In this document: in pieces, positions 13,774 to 28,216 of the stretch
How positions within the stretch are numbered: the stretch's first letter is position 1
Layout: each line of letters begins with the position of its first letter
DNA from: Bigelowiella natans CCMP2755
Taxonomy: Eukaryota; Protista; Cercozoa
Reading direction: 5' to 3'
DNA length: 64,000 nucleotides
Assembly (NCBI GenBank): GCA_000320545.1
Contig: ADNK01003179.1
Span: 62,001-126,000 of the forward strand
Notes under the pieces: generated by a model
Told to the model about the DNA's origin: nothing
What the model saw: the letters and a program-made list of their open reading frames with translations, nothing else
The model's database searches: none
Position numbers and translations under genes: made by a program

Positions 13774-14079
13774 AACCTCTGTTGCTTTCCACAGACGGTG
13801 CCTTCTTTCTCTCTCCGAGGCTATAGCTTCCATGGTAGGCTTGTATCTAAAATCATGTAATTAATGGTGATGTTGAACAAGACGAAGAGTATGAAGAACA
13901 GTGTTGTGATAAACTGCTAATACTTACACATACCCAGGGCCAACAGCACAGTACCAAAAGGTTGCATCGTCGCCGTGAGTGTCATTGACGTACATGTAGT
14001 CCCACGTTTGACATTCACACGTTGAAGCATTTCCAGGAAGAAGAAGATCCTCATTGTCCTTACCACTGAGTAAGGACAA

Positions 14080-14127
<48 letters not shown>

Positions 14128-15449
14128 CATCGTATATTAATCAAGATATAATAAGCTGCAGGTGTTAGCAGCAGCAGCAGTTGTGTTAATCAATAATATA
14201 TATGATAACAATCATAATATGGCTCCTCTATTTGATAAAGAAGGCCATACATTGTATGGCGATGATCGGTACAACTACTACTACTACTATTGCACTATTC
14301 ATCTTACTATTCTTCTTGTTATTATTATTATTGTCGTTGTATATGCACCTGAGACACACCATAAGGCCCAAGCTGTCAAAGACCTACACGATTATTGGCA
14401 AATGATGATTACTTGTCCTCAGTGAATTGATCTTTAGGATTGCTCAACCCCCCCCACGATGACTCAGTTCGTCTTTATTATTCTTATTCTTATACTCCTA
14501 TATTCCAACCTCTTTGGGTGGTGGTGGTGAAGGTGCTGGATTTGTCTTGGTATTCTTCCATAAAGCAGGAGGCTTCCAGTGTGATCGATTCGAATCGAAG
14601 GACCCTTTAGTTTGTGTGCGTGTGTGTGTGTGTGTATGCGAAATTGGGGGGAGGGGGCGGGATGGTGCAGCGTATGTTGTAATTGTCCTAATATATCATC
14701 ATCATCATCATCTTTTCATAGATTTTCTCATCATGCAGCAGCAGCAGCAGCAGCAGGAGCAGCAGAGTTTCCACTGTTTCTACAACATACAAATATCATC
14801 ATCATCACCATCATCATCACAATCTATCTGTGGTGGTAGTAATAATTAGATTGAGGGTACAACTGACTGACTACATACCCAGCATAAGAGACTCCCCTCG
14901 TAGCAATGTAAGGTTGAATTGCAGTACCAACGTTCCAGCAGCAGTAGCATTCTCAGCGTTGTAGGAGGACAAGGAGGAGGGATTGTAGTAGTTGTAGCGG
15001 CAGCCAGCAATGGTAGGTCCTGATCCAGCTAGAGTTTTAGTTGATGATGATGAAGAATATGGAGAGGATGATGATGATGACAAAGATGAAGATCCTCCTC
15101 GATAAAGATTCAATGCTGCTAGCGCTAGACGCTTGGCCAACGGCCTCTTGAGACGCGGATGAATCCCTCCCATGAAGTTATTGCCGGGGATTTGGGAAGG
15201 AGAGTTGTTGCGAATCAATTCAGAGTAGGGCCAAAGACTTTGCAGCCACGAGCCTGTGCAGAAATAAGAGCGACACATATGATTACAGTTAGAGTAGAAT
15301 ATGAACGGAAAGAGAGAAGATAACGTCATGTGCAACTACCATGAATTAGATTCAACCTATCAAACACAGATATACACACATCTTACTATTTTCATCTCCT
15401 TCGTGTCTCCCCTCCTCTTTCTCTGCTGTGTACGCGCGCGCGCGCGTGT

Positions 15450-15489
<40 letters not shown>

Positions 15490-15600
15490 ATGCTGTCGCT
15501 TGTTGCTATCGACTTTCTGGAGGCCATTCAGCACATTCTTTGCCATAACGATGCGTCTCAAATGACGGCAGCGAGCAGTTGTACCTAGAAACAATAATAC

Positions 15601-15633
<33 letters not shown>

Positions 15634-16150
15634 CACTTCTTTGGACTGTTTCAATTTCACAGAAACGACAACCTAATACTAATCTCTGCTGTTGTTATTA
15701 TTATAGTGAGAATGAGTAGTTTGTACTTCAAGTCTGGATTATAATAATAATAATAATAATAATAATGATGATGATAATTACAATAATCAATCATGATACT
15801 TCGATGATGATGATGATATATTCCTTTGCTCAAAACTTAGCATTATTATTATGTGACTTGTTTCAGGCATGATAGGACAGCAGAAGCAGCAGCAGCAGCA
15901 GGTGAATTGAAGAAAGTAAAGCAAAGTAGCTGTGTTCTCTCTTACTGGTCAGGGCACAGATCGCCACGACAAGTCGGATTTGCAGCGAAGCAGCATGGAT
16001 AGTCATCATCCTTGCCTTCTGCCACTTCATCTTGTGGTAAAGGAGCTGGATTTCCATCCCCGACGAAAAACCTATTATGGTACCGTGAGTAATAATTATA
16101 ACAAAGACAGTTTGCACAAAGTATATCTTTCCTCGGTCATCTTCTTCTTG

Positions 16151-16186
<36 letters not shown>

Positions 16187-16941
16187 CTCCACAGGTATAA
16201 TAGTACCAAGGCTCTTGGAGATCATAGGCATGAGCACCAAACGTGTAGGGTAGGTAAGGGTTATCCTCCCAGACGCCATAGTTTGCTGTTTGCGACCAAC
16301 GAATGCCAGCCATGTGATTTCCCCACCCCTCGCTAGTACCTGCAGCTAATGTAACAATCCCTGCAGCTAATGGCTGACCATCTTCTTCTTCTTCTTGTTC
16401 TTGTTGTTGTTGTTGTCCAACGTCATCATCACCGCCATTTCCCCACGTTCTGCGCCATTCCTTGACTAAGTGTGCTACTTCACAGCCGTAGCCATCATCA
16501 GTAACTACATTGCCTGCAGCTCCATATGCATTGTTCTCTCCTTGATACCTGATATTATCGCGTGATTCACCTGAATAATTCACGGCTATGGCGATGATGA
16601 TAATGGTGATGAGGTGATTATTTGGCTGCCTGCAAGAAAGACACACATTAACGTACCAAATACTACTACTAATACTACTACTTCTACTACTACACCACAC
16701 CAGATAAAGCCACGAGAGGAGTAGTTTGCAAAAGGCGCCACCATGCCATAGAACAGTGCCCCTGAGTTGTCTGGAATGCTTCCACCGTGAAGAGACTCAT
16801 TGCTGCATTGTTGCAATGTCACATTAGAAATCCATGCCTCGATTTGACTGCCCCTTTGATAATACAAAGAAGAGAACAAATTAGATGATAACAAATGTCA
16901 GGAATATCATAAGAAGAGATCATATTACTTTCGATGGTTCA

Positions 16942-16991
<50 letters not shown>

Positions 16992-18573
16992 TTTTGTTGT
17001 TGTTGTTGTTGTTGTATTATTACCCTATCGCACTTTGGATCACACCTATGGGCACCACAATACCTCCTCCTCCTCCTCCTCCTCCTCCTCCTCGATTGCT
17101 GCTCTTACTCATTTCTTTCGATAGTTCCACCGCGAAATACATAGCAAGTGCGGAGAACTGAGCCCAGGCACTACGGCGCTGCGACGAAGGATCGACGATG
17201 AAAGGTGCTTGCGCAGATATGCTAGCTTGGTGCCAACGGAAATCTGACAACAACAACAAGAAGCAACATTACAAATGATGATCGGAACATACCTGCTGCT
17301 ACGATAGAGAAAGAACAACAGCAGCTGGATTATGAATATCATCATAATCATCATCATCATCATCATCGTGATGGAAAATTCCTCTTATTACCATCGTCGT
17401 CGATCTCTGTATTGTATGTTGTGACCCACTGGGGTGTCGTTGCGGCAAAATTGGTGTTCATATCTCCAAACATGAAATGCCGTACGTCCAAAAGAGCTTC
17501 TTTCTCTCTGCCGTGACTTTCTTTGATATGTTGACTACTTTTAACAGCAGCTATGAGCTCATCCTTCAAGGTATCTGCGGAGAATGTGAAAAAAGTCTCG
17601 AGGGCCATATTACTCTGACCGGAGCAAAACCAAACGTCACCATAGGTGAGGTTATACAGCACAAGTGATCCCGAGTCACCACCCCATTGGTCAGAGATCC
17701 TTGCCTAATAATGTAATAATGGGTGGTGCGTTGACGATGTGATGATGTTTACGATGCTGACGATGAACAAAGATAACAAAGACAATCTTACAGTGAAATT
17801 CCCCCCTGGAGTCTTGGAACGCCTAAGAGTCGCAACCCATACGTAGTCGCCGTGAGATGGCATTGGACCTGAGGAAAGTAGAGGTAGAAACAGATCTACA
17901 AATTACGACACAAACATGTTGGGACTTAAACGTCGTTTTGATGGGTTCGATATGTAGCCCAAATGCACACATGATGCGCAGGATTGAAGAAAATTCTCCA
18001 TTTCGCAAACTTCAAGCAATTATTTTAGTTCGTCCCTGTTGCTTTATTGCTATATACCGGCTGTCGGAAAGTATGCGCCAGGGTCCTCATATGGATATAC
18101 TACCGCAGAGAGATTGTACCGAACCTTCCCCCCTCCTCCTCCAATTTGGCCATACCCATCGATAGACACTGAGATCAAGGGAGCTGTCCCTATGAAACAA
18201 AGAACGAAGTTAAGTGAAAAAATACAATGAAAACGACGTGAAGGATCTTCTTTTATAATTCGGTAATAATACCGTTGACAGAAGTGGCGAATCCGTACAG
18301 TTTGGGCGGTTTTTTTGTGATTGTTCGGTTATAGCTAGTCGAAGAACGCTGCAGAACCATGTTCGAAGAAATTCCGGTCGAGGGCTGGATCCGGCTAAGA
18401 AATGGCAACATTCAAAAAGAAGCGCAGATTCGAAGATACTCGGTAAAAAGTACATTGTAGCCTCCATTAACTTACCGTGGAGATTCTTTCATCCCCCGAA
18501 GATTGATTCCACTCTCCGTTGCTACGAAGAGTAGCAACAATACGACGAAAGTCGGCGAATGGGGTTCCATCAT
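12858..18573 (-). CDS. SIAE: Secreted sialate O-acetylesterase-like SGNH hydrolase (SASA domain) with Cys-rich C-terminus; many microsatellite-filled introns
   Basis: Signal peptide (MEPHSPTFVVLLLLFVA), YGDVWFCSGQSNM, FSALAMYFA, PIGVIQSAIGGSQIEAW, YQGENN, IRWSQTANYG, GGIHPRLKRPLAKRLA, LPANPF. Confidence 0.85.
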
Positions 18574-18659
18574 CGCTTAGCTACTCCAGCAAAGCCGTTG
18601 AGGAGGAGGAGGAGGAGGAGGAGGAGGAGGAGGTTGCACAAAAAGGAAATAAAAAGATG

Positions 18660-18732
18660 CGGTCAGTAAGGGGGTCGAACCCTTGACCTTTCGGTTAACA
18701 GCCGAATGCTCTACCGACTGAGCTAACTAACC
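18660..18732 (-). tRNA. trnN-GTT: tRNA-Asn (GTT), intronless
   Basis: Reverse complement GGTTAGTTAGCTCAGTCGGTAGAGCATTCGGCTGTTAACCGAAAGGTCAAGGGTTCGACCCCCTTACTGACCG folds as a cloverleaf; A box and B box (GGTTCGACCC); TTTTT Pol III terminators just downstream. Confidence 0.97.
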
Positions 18733-19106
18733 TGTTTAACATATGTCACATACACAAAATCGCCTATACCGATATGCATTTTATTTATATTCATGTTATC
18801 ACACAAAAACATGACGACATCCTCAGACGCTTGACGCCCTGGGGTTGTCTTTTTTCCTAAATGGCGTGTATTTGGGAGATACGACAAGTAAGTAGTTTTC
18901 CTTCCCAACGAAAGAATTATTAGAACGGCACGTGGAAGAAGGGTAAGCTCTCCCGCTGAGCCACCTCTCGTTTAACCTTCTTTTCGAACACAAGTATATG
19001 ATTATCTACTAATCCTCTCGCACCTACCTATGCTTGCGTTATTATTTTTTTATATCTTGAGCATAAATATACCCTGCAATATACGAAACTCGAAACAAAT
19101 TTACAG

Positions 19107-20163
19107 GATGTTATTCCAGCTCCCAACGCTGCTAGTCGCATTCAGGATACTTGTGGCACTGGTTTTCGAGATTGCTGTGATATATGCGGGTCGAAACAGT
19201 TGTAATAGTTCTTTGCATGCTATCCCTTTCTCCATTGTGAGTTGAATAAGTAGAGTTACCTGAAACATCTCACGTTCTTCCCCTCTTCTTTGAACGTAGG
19301 GTGGAAGATAATGTGGGTATTATTTTTGCATCGAATAAATTTCTTTCGGCAACTTGTCGGTGTGCCTAAAATCCAAAAACCAAAGAAGTATAAAGTATTG
19401 CAGGAGGAACGTAAATGGGAAAAAGCCAGGTAGTTTTACAACAAACCTAGGAACCACTTTTGCGGATTTTTAAAACGTTTTTTTTTGTAGAAATTTTGTC
19501 ATCTCTTCAGTAAAAACATCTTCTTCGACTCTAAATCTTTCGAATGTAATATATTCTTTTTATCTTCCAGAATGTTGGCCGCAAGAGAGGCGGCGAAGCA
19601 TAAGAGCCAGCGGAAAAATAGTCCCTATTTCAACGTTTCACGCCCCATATAGAGATGAGATGAAGTATCTTCCCATCAGAGAGCAAGAGGATAACAGAAA
19701 GGGGGGGGATGATCTCTAAACATATGATAGATTGGACAACACAATGATTATTTTGTACAGCTGGGCAACACACTGAGATTATAGTACTATTCAATCAAGA
19801 TTGAGGTTTCCTTTGTGCAACTGCCGTCATTTCCAGATTAACTTTATGCCTTCGTACAATATCTACTGCAATTCACGAACGCTGACTTGTCCCTTTTAGC
19901 TTGTAGTAACAAAAATTGAGGAAGAAAAGCTAGATTGTAAAAATGTTAAAATTACAGGGCATTTTATTCGGTGGTACAAATGAATCTCAAGTTCCATCAT
20001 TATGGTGTAGATAAAAAAGTTGCTTATTTTTTTCCTAATTATATAATTATGGAGAATAATTTTTAGTATTCCTTTTTTGAATGTTTCCGCAAGAAAATAG
20101 TCTCTGAATTTTTTTCCAGGGGAAGGGATAGTGATTATTAAGCTTAGGAAACTTGCTTTATGA
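19107..20163 (+). CDS. Small hypothetical membrane protein (multi-exon; 3' end uncertain, could stop at 19652)
   Basis: Hydrophobic first exon MLFQLPTLLVAFRILVALVFEIAVIYA; in-frame splice ...KVLQEERKWEKAR|MLAAREAAKHKSQRK; further short AG/GT-bounded segments to ~20160. No homology recognised. Confidence 0.3.
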
Positions 20164-20259
20164 GCTCGCACCAATTTTAGACCTGTTAGAAACCCTAGAT
20201 ACGTACAGTAATTGACGTTTTTTGGGTCGTCGTCGTCTTTAAAACGATGTCACGCACAT

Positions 20260-21250
20260 TGCTGTAGAAAGTTACGCGTCATTCGTTATTATAATTGTTT
20301 TGGCTAAATCCGTGTTTGATACGCCATTTTACTCTTGACATATTCTGCAACACGCTATAGCCACGTACCTTCGCAGCTATTGTATTTCACTAATGATACA
20401 TCTAGCTTCGCTTTCGCCTATGCAACTAGATGGCTCATGATGACTAGAGGATGATGCGAGATTCAAAGACGAGCAGCTTACACCTATCTGGACACATGTG
20501 TATAAGTAGCAGTCGATCGTAGCAGCAGGCACGTGGATGCATACGTTTACAGCCGCCAGGGATGATGCATACATCTAGATATGTAGCAGCGTAGTAAAGC
20601 TTATAAGCTGTGTAGCAAGTATGCGGAGCAGAACAGATGAAATATGAGGATGAAAAGCAACAATGCTAGAATGAGTGCAATGCCCACATATAGATGTGTC
20701 TGTTGCTACGCTGGCACGCACTGCTGTCAGGGTTAGCTCATGCAGTTGATCTGCAAAGCTATCGCTCATTTAGCAAATCTTGTTCATTCTTGTATTCAAA
20801 TAAATGGTAATAATATATGATTTTAGCTACCAAAAATCAATAGTGGCTGAAGCGCGTGCGTGGCCTTCCTGAATACGCAGCATCAAGCTCAGCGCAGTAC
20901 GTACGTGGTAGATAGATCGAGAGCATTACGTGCGAAGCCACCAGATGTTGCTCTTTCAAGATCTGGCGTTTTTTAATCTCTGGTTTTTAGGCACTGTGTA
21001 CAATAGCTAGATTGACACAACGCATAGTACACATGTTGCACATAACATAGCAGAGGAAAGCATCTCATTGAGGATGAATAAAAAAAATTTCCTTGCTCTT
21101 TTTCCCACCTCTAGCATATACTGTGTTCCACAGTGTGCTTTCGCCGCAGGGAAGGCTTCTAGACACATGGCAACGCTTTTCCATACCACATAGTGCTTAC
21201 ATCTACATTTTACATTATTGTCTACGAAATCTTACATCACACTCTGTTGA
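20260..21250. other. RY/palindrome-rich block D4 at convergent junction (small orphan+ / large gene-)
   Basis: Repeated TCTAG, AGCT, TGCA, GTACGTACGT, GCGCGTGCGT. Confidence 0.6.
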
Positions 21251-21287
21251 GCGTGATTCACGATAGGTATTAGCCCAATGGGCACTC

Positions 21288-24200
21288 TCATGATCTGTAT
21301 TCGAACCACTTATGAGAGGTTATCTTTGCTGAAGGCTTAAAGTTTGCAGCTAAGCTTTTGAACTTAGAGATTCCTTTCAAGAGGTTGATCATCTGCGATA
21401 AAAGCGAAACAAATCAAGCTGAATACAAATCTGCGCACTTTTACTGAAGTCAAAATTTGTTTACCTGCTCGGTTTTCCATTCTAAAGAGAAGAATGGGTT
21501 CTGGAAGCGAAGACTAGCCAATGCCATGACACCCTCAAGAAATTCCCAAAAGATAATATGGCCTTTTTTGCTCACTTCAGGCGGGTCTTTGCCTGTTACT
21601 CGTAAGTCTATTTGAACATACGCGAATATCCGTATTGCTTGCTTATACGACACATGTTTTTGTTCTATCATTCCCGTATCCTTGACGAAATCGCAGAATT
21701 GGTTGTAATTCATTTGAAAATGCTTTGTCTCATCGAGTTCCTTCATATCTTTAGATAAAGATCGAAATAATTTATACACAAATCCAAAATGTGTCTCCAG
21801 CACATACTCAACCTTCTTCGACTTCATTTCAACTCGAAATTGTATCTCTGGCCGAATATTACGGTACGTTAAGACGTGTGACTTGAGCATTTTGGTCAAC
21901 GAGCTCTTGATATTATCTCCAAACTTCTCACATGCTAATACGACTACGATTTTCAAAAAGTCTCTAAATGATACCCTCCCACTCGTTCTTGTTTTGGCGC
22001 ACAGAATCTTTGTAGTCGCTACATCGACTTCAGCAGCTTCTAAACGTCCCCCAATCACAAGTATCTGTCGTATGAACCGCCATAAGCGGAGAGGAGTCCA
22101 CGAGAGCGTTTCTTCTCCCTCTTCTACATTATGTTCCAAATCACGTCCTTCTTCTGCCACAGTTTCGAATATGAACTCCAAGTCGTTCATATACTTATTC
22201 AAAATACTTTCTACTGCAGTTTTGAATTCTTTAGGGGATATTGATGAAGATGATTGCCCTTGCGACTGTCGCCTCGCTTTGACCACCTCTTTTGCAATTT
22301 CTTGAACATCAATCTAATAGCATCAAAAGCAACGTGAAATGATGATCATGACAGTGATAATGTAATCATGATTGTCGTTACGTATTGCCAAAGAATATAA
22401 AAGATTAGTACGACTTCATATGCGACCGACGACAACCAAACTGAGCTAATCGTTGGAATGTTTATGGGTTATTTCTTTTGGTGGAAAGGATTATGTTCTT
22501 ACGGATTCGCAGACGACTTTCTCCTTTTTTTTTACTTCGTGGTTTTGTTGTATTCCAGTCTCATTTTCAGCAATGCTAACTGCCAGCTCATAATGAGCCT
22601 GTAATCCTGCGCCTCGACGTAACTTGTCCCACTTGCTATCTGCCTCTCTTAACCGCTCCTTCTCCTCCCGAAGTAAAGGCGCAAATTTCTTGATAGTTTG
22701 TACCAAATATTGCATCTGGTGGAAGTCAGTCAGCCTCTCTGGATTTGAGCAGAAGATTGAACAGGTGTGTCTCATCTCATTCATGATTACTCTACCCTTG
22801 TCGACTTGAGACCGAATGTTTGGATACGCATTAGCCAACCATGCAACTGCACCTTTAACAACAGCTTCACGGGGCATCGAAGGATCGAATCCAATCTTAT
22901 TAAGGAATGTGCTATCGATAAACGATGCTCCATCTGTGCGAGCCATTCCGTCGGTTTCTATCGCAGCCATACTATCGGCAAGAAAGGAGTCTATCGGAAT
23001 ACGGGAAGATTCTGTGCTGATTATAAATCGATCTGGAGGATGCTGCTGCCAAAGCCTTCGGAAAATCTCGTCTTCCACGTCGGTATGATATTCTTGCTGA
23101 AAGGGGAGAGAGGGGGGGGGGGGGAGGAGAGAAATTAATGATAAATCCCAGAACAACACACTGTTTATACCCAGGATCATTAATTAAGTTTTGGTGTGCA
23201 ACCTTAGGAACATGACGACGCGGATGTTTCCGTACATGGTTCATCCCGACGTAATCGAAGTTCATATATGTCAATGATGTTTGATCCATGGGGTCTGAGT
23301 AGCGAGAATGATGGCGATGGTTTTATAAACTTATTTCAAAGAGAATATGGAGCAATGCTAATGATGATGATGGTGGTGATGATGACGACGACGACGACGA
23401 TTATTTCGTTGAAAAATGATACATAAAAGAAAAATACTTTTTTCATTTTTGGAATTCTTCCTCTCTCCTTTTTTGGCAATGAACTAAAAACAGACAACCA
23501 ATACTACTACTACCACTACAACTACTACTACTACTACTACTTCTCCTTACTGCCGCTACTATTACACTATTGCTGGCACTTAAATGAGGTTGCAGGTTGC
23601 AAACAATGCATCAGTGGTGATAAATATAATACCTTGTTCAGAAGCTTTTGGTTTTTTATCAACGGTGATTTCAGCAAAAGACATGTCTTTTTTGTTGGGG
23701 ATCGTTCCGCCTATACCTGCCCCCCCACCAGAGCGACCAAGAAAGTCCAAAAAGGTCTTTGGAATATGACTCCGACGTTTCTTGACAAATTCTTGCTCAT
23801 CAGTAGCGTCATTCTTGCTTTCCCTCATTTCTTTTCTATCCCTCGTAGTCGAGGTTGTTGCTCCATATCGTTGTTTTAAGACGTCAAATTGACAGGCTTG
23901 ATGCTTCAACCATTTTGTGAGGATATTGATATATGAAACATCATCCTTCTTATCGAAGGAACCTTCCGAAGGAATAGTCTCCGAGTCTTCTTCATCTAGA
24001 GGACGAATGGAAAGTGAAAATTAAGCACAATGATGCAGCACCAGTATCATAGTGATACAAGAAATAATTGTTTCTGTATTTTGTAAGGAGAAGAATAATG
24101 GGTATTGGTGGTGATATTATTGTTGTTTGTAGCTCATTGGTTTGTAGCCGACTATACGTGTTTTTATTTTAATGATCTCATTGTTATTTAACAACACTAA

Positions 24201-24733
24201 GGAATTAACGATAAATGACATGGTTAATTGTCAAAGTATTGTCGTATCTTGATCAATTTTTTTACTATTTAAGATAATAAGTAGTATTCCGAAAGTGGCG
24301 TGTTTGATCGAATTACACTAGGGGACCTTGTGATTGATGATGGGTGATAACTGGAGAGGCGTTAGATTTCTTTTTCCTTCTTCCTTTTGACAAGGATTTC
24401 GTATTGGCCTTGATATTTGCTTCGGTGAGGCGTACATTTCTTTTAATTAAAGGTGGGTATTCAGGAATAAATTCCTCCTGGGCACAATTTGTTTCTAGCT
24501 TCGCAATCTCGTCTATCATAGAAAAGTCTTGATACCTAAGAAGAAGAAGAAGAGGCAAAGCAGGAAATCTTATTGAAAGCTCCCCCTCTCCTCTTCTTAA
24601 ACCCAATAAACTCCCTACCCCCCCCTTTCCCCCTCACAAATCAAAAATACTTAAGAACAATTCTAAAACTAAAAAACTAAATGGATACCATATTGCTACA
24701 TAAACTGGCATCGCTACTATTTGCAATACGGCT

Positions 24734-24773
<40 letters not shown>

Positions 24774-25846
24774 TATGTAGTAATCTATAGCCTCTTTTCT
24801 AATTCTAATTGAAGTATAATATGGCAATAAGTATTTCTGTAACTGCATCAGTTGTTGGTATAGGTATGAGTTATAAACACCCCATATTCTCCAGTCTCCA
24901 CACTTGATTATCATATCCACTACAAGCGAAACTTAGAAATCTACAGAAGCCTTTCCGGACGATGGAGAAGTTATCTTTATGCTGATGCATTTCTTCAATG
25001 AGCACTTTACTATGATCAATTTCCCTTCTTATCACGCCATGGATGGATTTGGCGAGTTGAATCTTTGACTTTATAGTATCTTGTCTTTTATGCATATCCT
25101 GAAGCTCGCTGTTCTGCCCATCCAATCGTCTTTGCAGTATGTCGCTCTCTGCATCCAAATCCTCTATCTTTTGAAGGGCTAGTTTGTGTTTGGAATTTAA
25201 TGTCCTCCTTCGCCATCTCTCAAAGAATGTGCGGTAACGAAATCGTATGCCTTTTGTTGACCGTGAAGCAGATGCATCCATCGACCAAACAACCATAAAT
25301 AATGAATAATTGGAAAGCAGCAGTCGCAACAACAAAAACTTCAGTAACATCAACCAAGGATCTCTTCTGGCAAACCAACGACATCACGCTTCAAAATTGA
25401 GTGGAAAGATTCCCAAAAAAAAAATGTGCCAATGAATTTGGGAGGAGGAAGAATAGTGAGTTATAGCCTCATACAATTATATTAGACACTGTATATGTAA
25501 GCAATTGCCCGTCTCGCCATAGAATAAATCAAGCTTTATCTTACCGAGTAGCTTCATGATAACTTTCATGCCCTTAAATTGAATGTCTTTCCTATGGGCT
25601 TTTTGACTTCGATACCAACCATTCCATGTGTACAACACGATTGATACAATCGGAATTCTCCATCTCTCTGAGATTTTCTTTACACCCCATCCGAATCTGG
25701 CCAATATTATCGGCAGCAGCAATCATCATCATAACCAATTTAGTCGTAAACAAAAAAAAGCTAGGGATGAGAGATACAAGGAATTATATAAAGTAAGACT
25801 TCTTTCTCTCAACTTTATTGTTTGCCTTGGATGTTCGTAGTGCTCA

Positions 25847-25884
<38 letters not shown>

Positions 25885-28216
25885 CGTGTATGTGTGCGTG
25901 TATGTGTTTTAAGTATTCGTAGCACGAATGAATGTGCAAAGATGCGTTAAGAGAAATGAGGTAGCAATTGTATGCTGAATGGAACTTACTTCTCGGTGAT
26001 GATCGTATAAAGTTGCTTTTCACTGTCATATTCCTGTTTGACACTCTCTTGCATTTTCTTGATTCCTTTCAACGTTTCAATGTGCTCTGTCTCTCTGTAT
26101 TGATGAAGCATCAGCCTCTTTGCGCCAACAGGTATGTGGTAAATAGCTTTAAGAAGATGATCTACCATTTCTGACATGACTGTCCTCACAGAAGCAGGCT
26201 GTAACGTTGATACATGTTTGAGGAGAAGATCGGAGCACACGAAAGTCCGGAGTGGGTGAGGATCACGTAGGTTGCGAGTGATTCGCATTATTTCCTGGGT
26301 TTTTAATTCCACGTATATCGATTGCGAATCGAACATGTTACGCTCTTCCTGATACTTTTTAAGCCAAGGGCTTATCATAAGTTCGGTGCTCTCTTCGTCC
26401 TCCTCAGTGCCTTTTTCTTCTAGAAATGACGGCAAAAACATGTCTAACCCATCCACAATGCCACTACCACTAGCGTAGGTTTTCCTCCCAATCTTCATGA
26501 TCTGGCTGTCCGATAGACCACCTGTTATTGCTACACCACCAGTCGAATGATGCTGCCGCTGCTGCTGCTGCTGAAGGCGATGCTGCTTGATTCTCTTCTT
26601 TAGTGCCACAGCTCTATGTGCCGAAAGATCAATATATCCTCTTCTTCTCCTGCTACTACTCTCTCGTGCTGTCTTAGGCAGAAATCGTGATTGTGAGGCC
26701 GATAGAGATAGAGATCTGCTACTTTTACGTTGCGAACGAGGGGTGGGCGAATACAATGAAGATGCGGTTGACCCGGAAGAGAAGCTGTTGCTAGGCCTTC
26801 TAATCAACCTAGATGAACTTCCTTTAGCTTCATCGTCCTCGTCGAGATCTCTCTGAATACATTTATGTGGGCGTTATCATTTCATCATACCATTTATTCA
26901 GAGGAACCATTCGTTAGGCCCGTGTCTGTTATTATATTTTGTACTACTACTACTATATGGCTACAAGTGATATACGAATTCCTATAGCAACAGAAACGAT
27001 GTTTTTTACTTCTATGGTTTGTACAATTAATACGTACAATGTTCTGGACGTGGATCTTCATTTGTTGATCGATGAACTTTTCAGCGCTCACTGGTCCATC
27101 AGCTGGCTTCGGTGATGATATTATATTTTTTTCAACGCTTGCAGATGGGTCGTTAAAAAATCTTACTCTTCCTTCTCTCGCTCCGGGTGATGGTAACAAC
27201 GATGATGAAAATACTGAAGATGGGATAGATACAGAAAGAGGCCGTCTGTTGCTGTTATATACTTGCTGTTGTTTTGGACGCAGCAGCAGATTATTCTTTT
27301 GTGGAAATGATTTAATCCTCGTCCGCGATGTTGTGGTCCCAACGGGCATGGATCTCCTAACACTCGTACTTTTCTTTCCCCTCCCTTATTACAAATCAAA
27401 TGATAATATTTGTGGTCAGTTTGTGGTATCTCTACTGGGTGAGTAACCCTCGTGAATGATGATGTGCTAAACATTGGTCTATCTACTTCAACCACCTTGT
27501 GTAGGTAGCTTATTTCTACTCGTCATTTTCAAACTGGGCAATGCAGACGTACTGGACAATGGGTCGCCCTTTCTGCGCATTGGGAAAGATACTGAAGATG
27601 ATTTATTCCTTCGTAGGTACGATCTGGAAGACAATGGATAAGAGTCTTTGGAGGCTCCCCCACTGGCTACTGATGACAGTTGTAAAAGAAGGAAAACCAA
27701 CAGCAGAGGGTAAATGAGTAATGATAAAAAACGGGAAGTTTAGAAATTCTGATTTTGCATAAAGTAACTGAGTTGGTAAATGACAAAAAATTAGCAATAG
27801 TAGGCATTAGGCCTTACATCTATTCTGATCCGGGCTCTTGACTTGTCTGTTAAAGAAACGTAAAAGCACACCGTTCGTATTCAGATGACTGTACTTTGTG
27901 ACAAATATATGTAGGATGTGCTGCTTCTACTTAGGAAAATGACAACCTATTTCCGTTCTCTGTGCCCGAGGAAAAAAAAGGAATCTTCGATGAAGCTGAT
28001 GACGACTTCATTTCTATTAGTTAGGGTGATGATGATGATGATGATGATATTTGCAAATAGGCAGATAAGGTAGCTATGTCACTTTTTACCGGGGGTAGCA
28101 CACATGTTCATATATGCTACTGTGACAGGAGAGGTCCAGTTGACGGTTCCTTTTTCCTTCGTTCCCACGTCGTTCATGCCCTTTGCATGTACGGCATCTT
28201 TCTCTTCCGCATCCAT
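21288..28216 (-). CDS. Large hypothetical protein: disordered Ser-rich N-terminus, coiled coil, C-terminal EF-hand-like helical repeats (candidate cilium/cytoskeleton protein)
   Basis: Chain of same-strand exons (ORFs 21450-22286, 22491-23180, 23580-23909, 24313-24606, 24871-25353, 25986-26807, 26894-27700) with GT-AG ends; MNYNQFCDFVKDTGMI...IIFWEFLEGVMALA resembles EF-hand-like repeats. Could be more than one gene. Confidence 0.55.

Noticed and set aside
13253-17366. Poly-Y/I/V/L/S ORFs in the six-frame track
   Set aside because: Translations of intronic microsatellites or antisense frames within SIAE.
19705-19890. Possible C/D-box snoRNAs (ATGAT...CTGA)
   Set aside because: C boxes are imperfect, I recognised no rRNA-complementary guide, and the segments fit AG/GT-bounded exons equally well.
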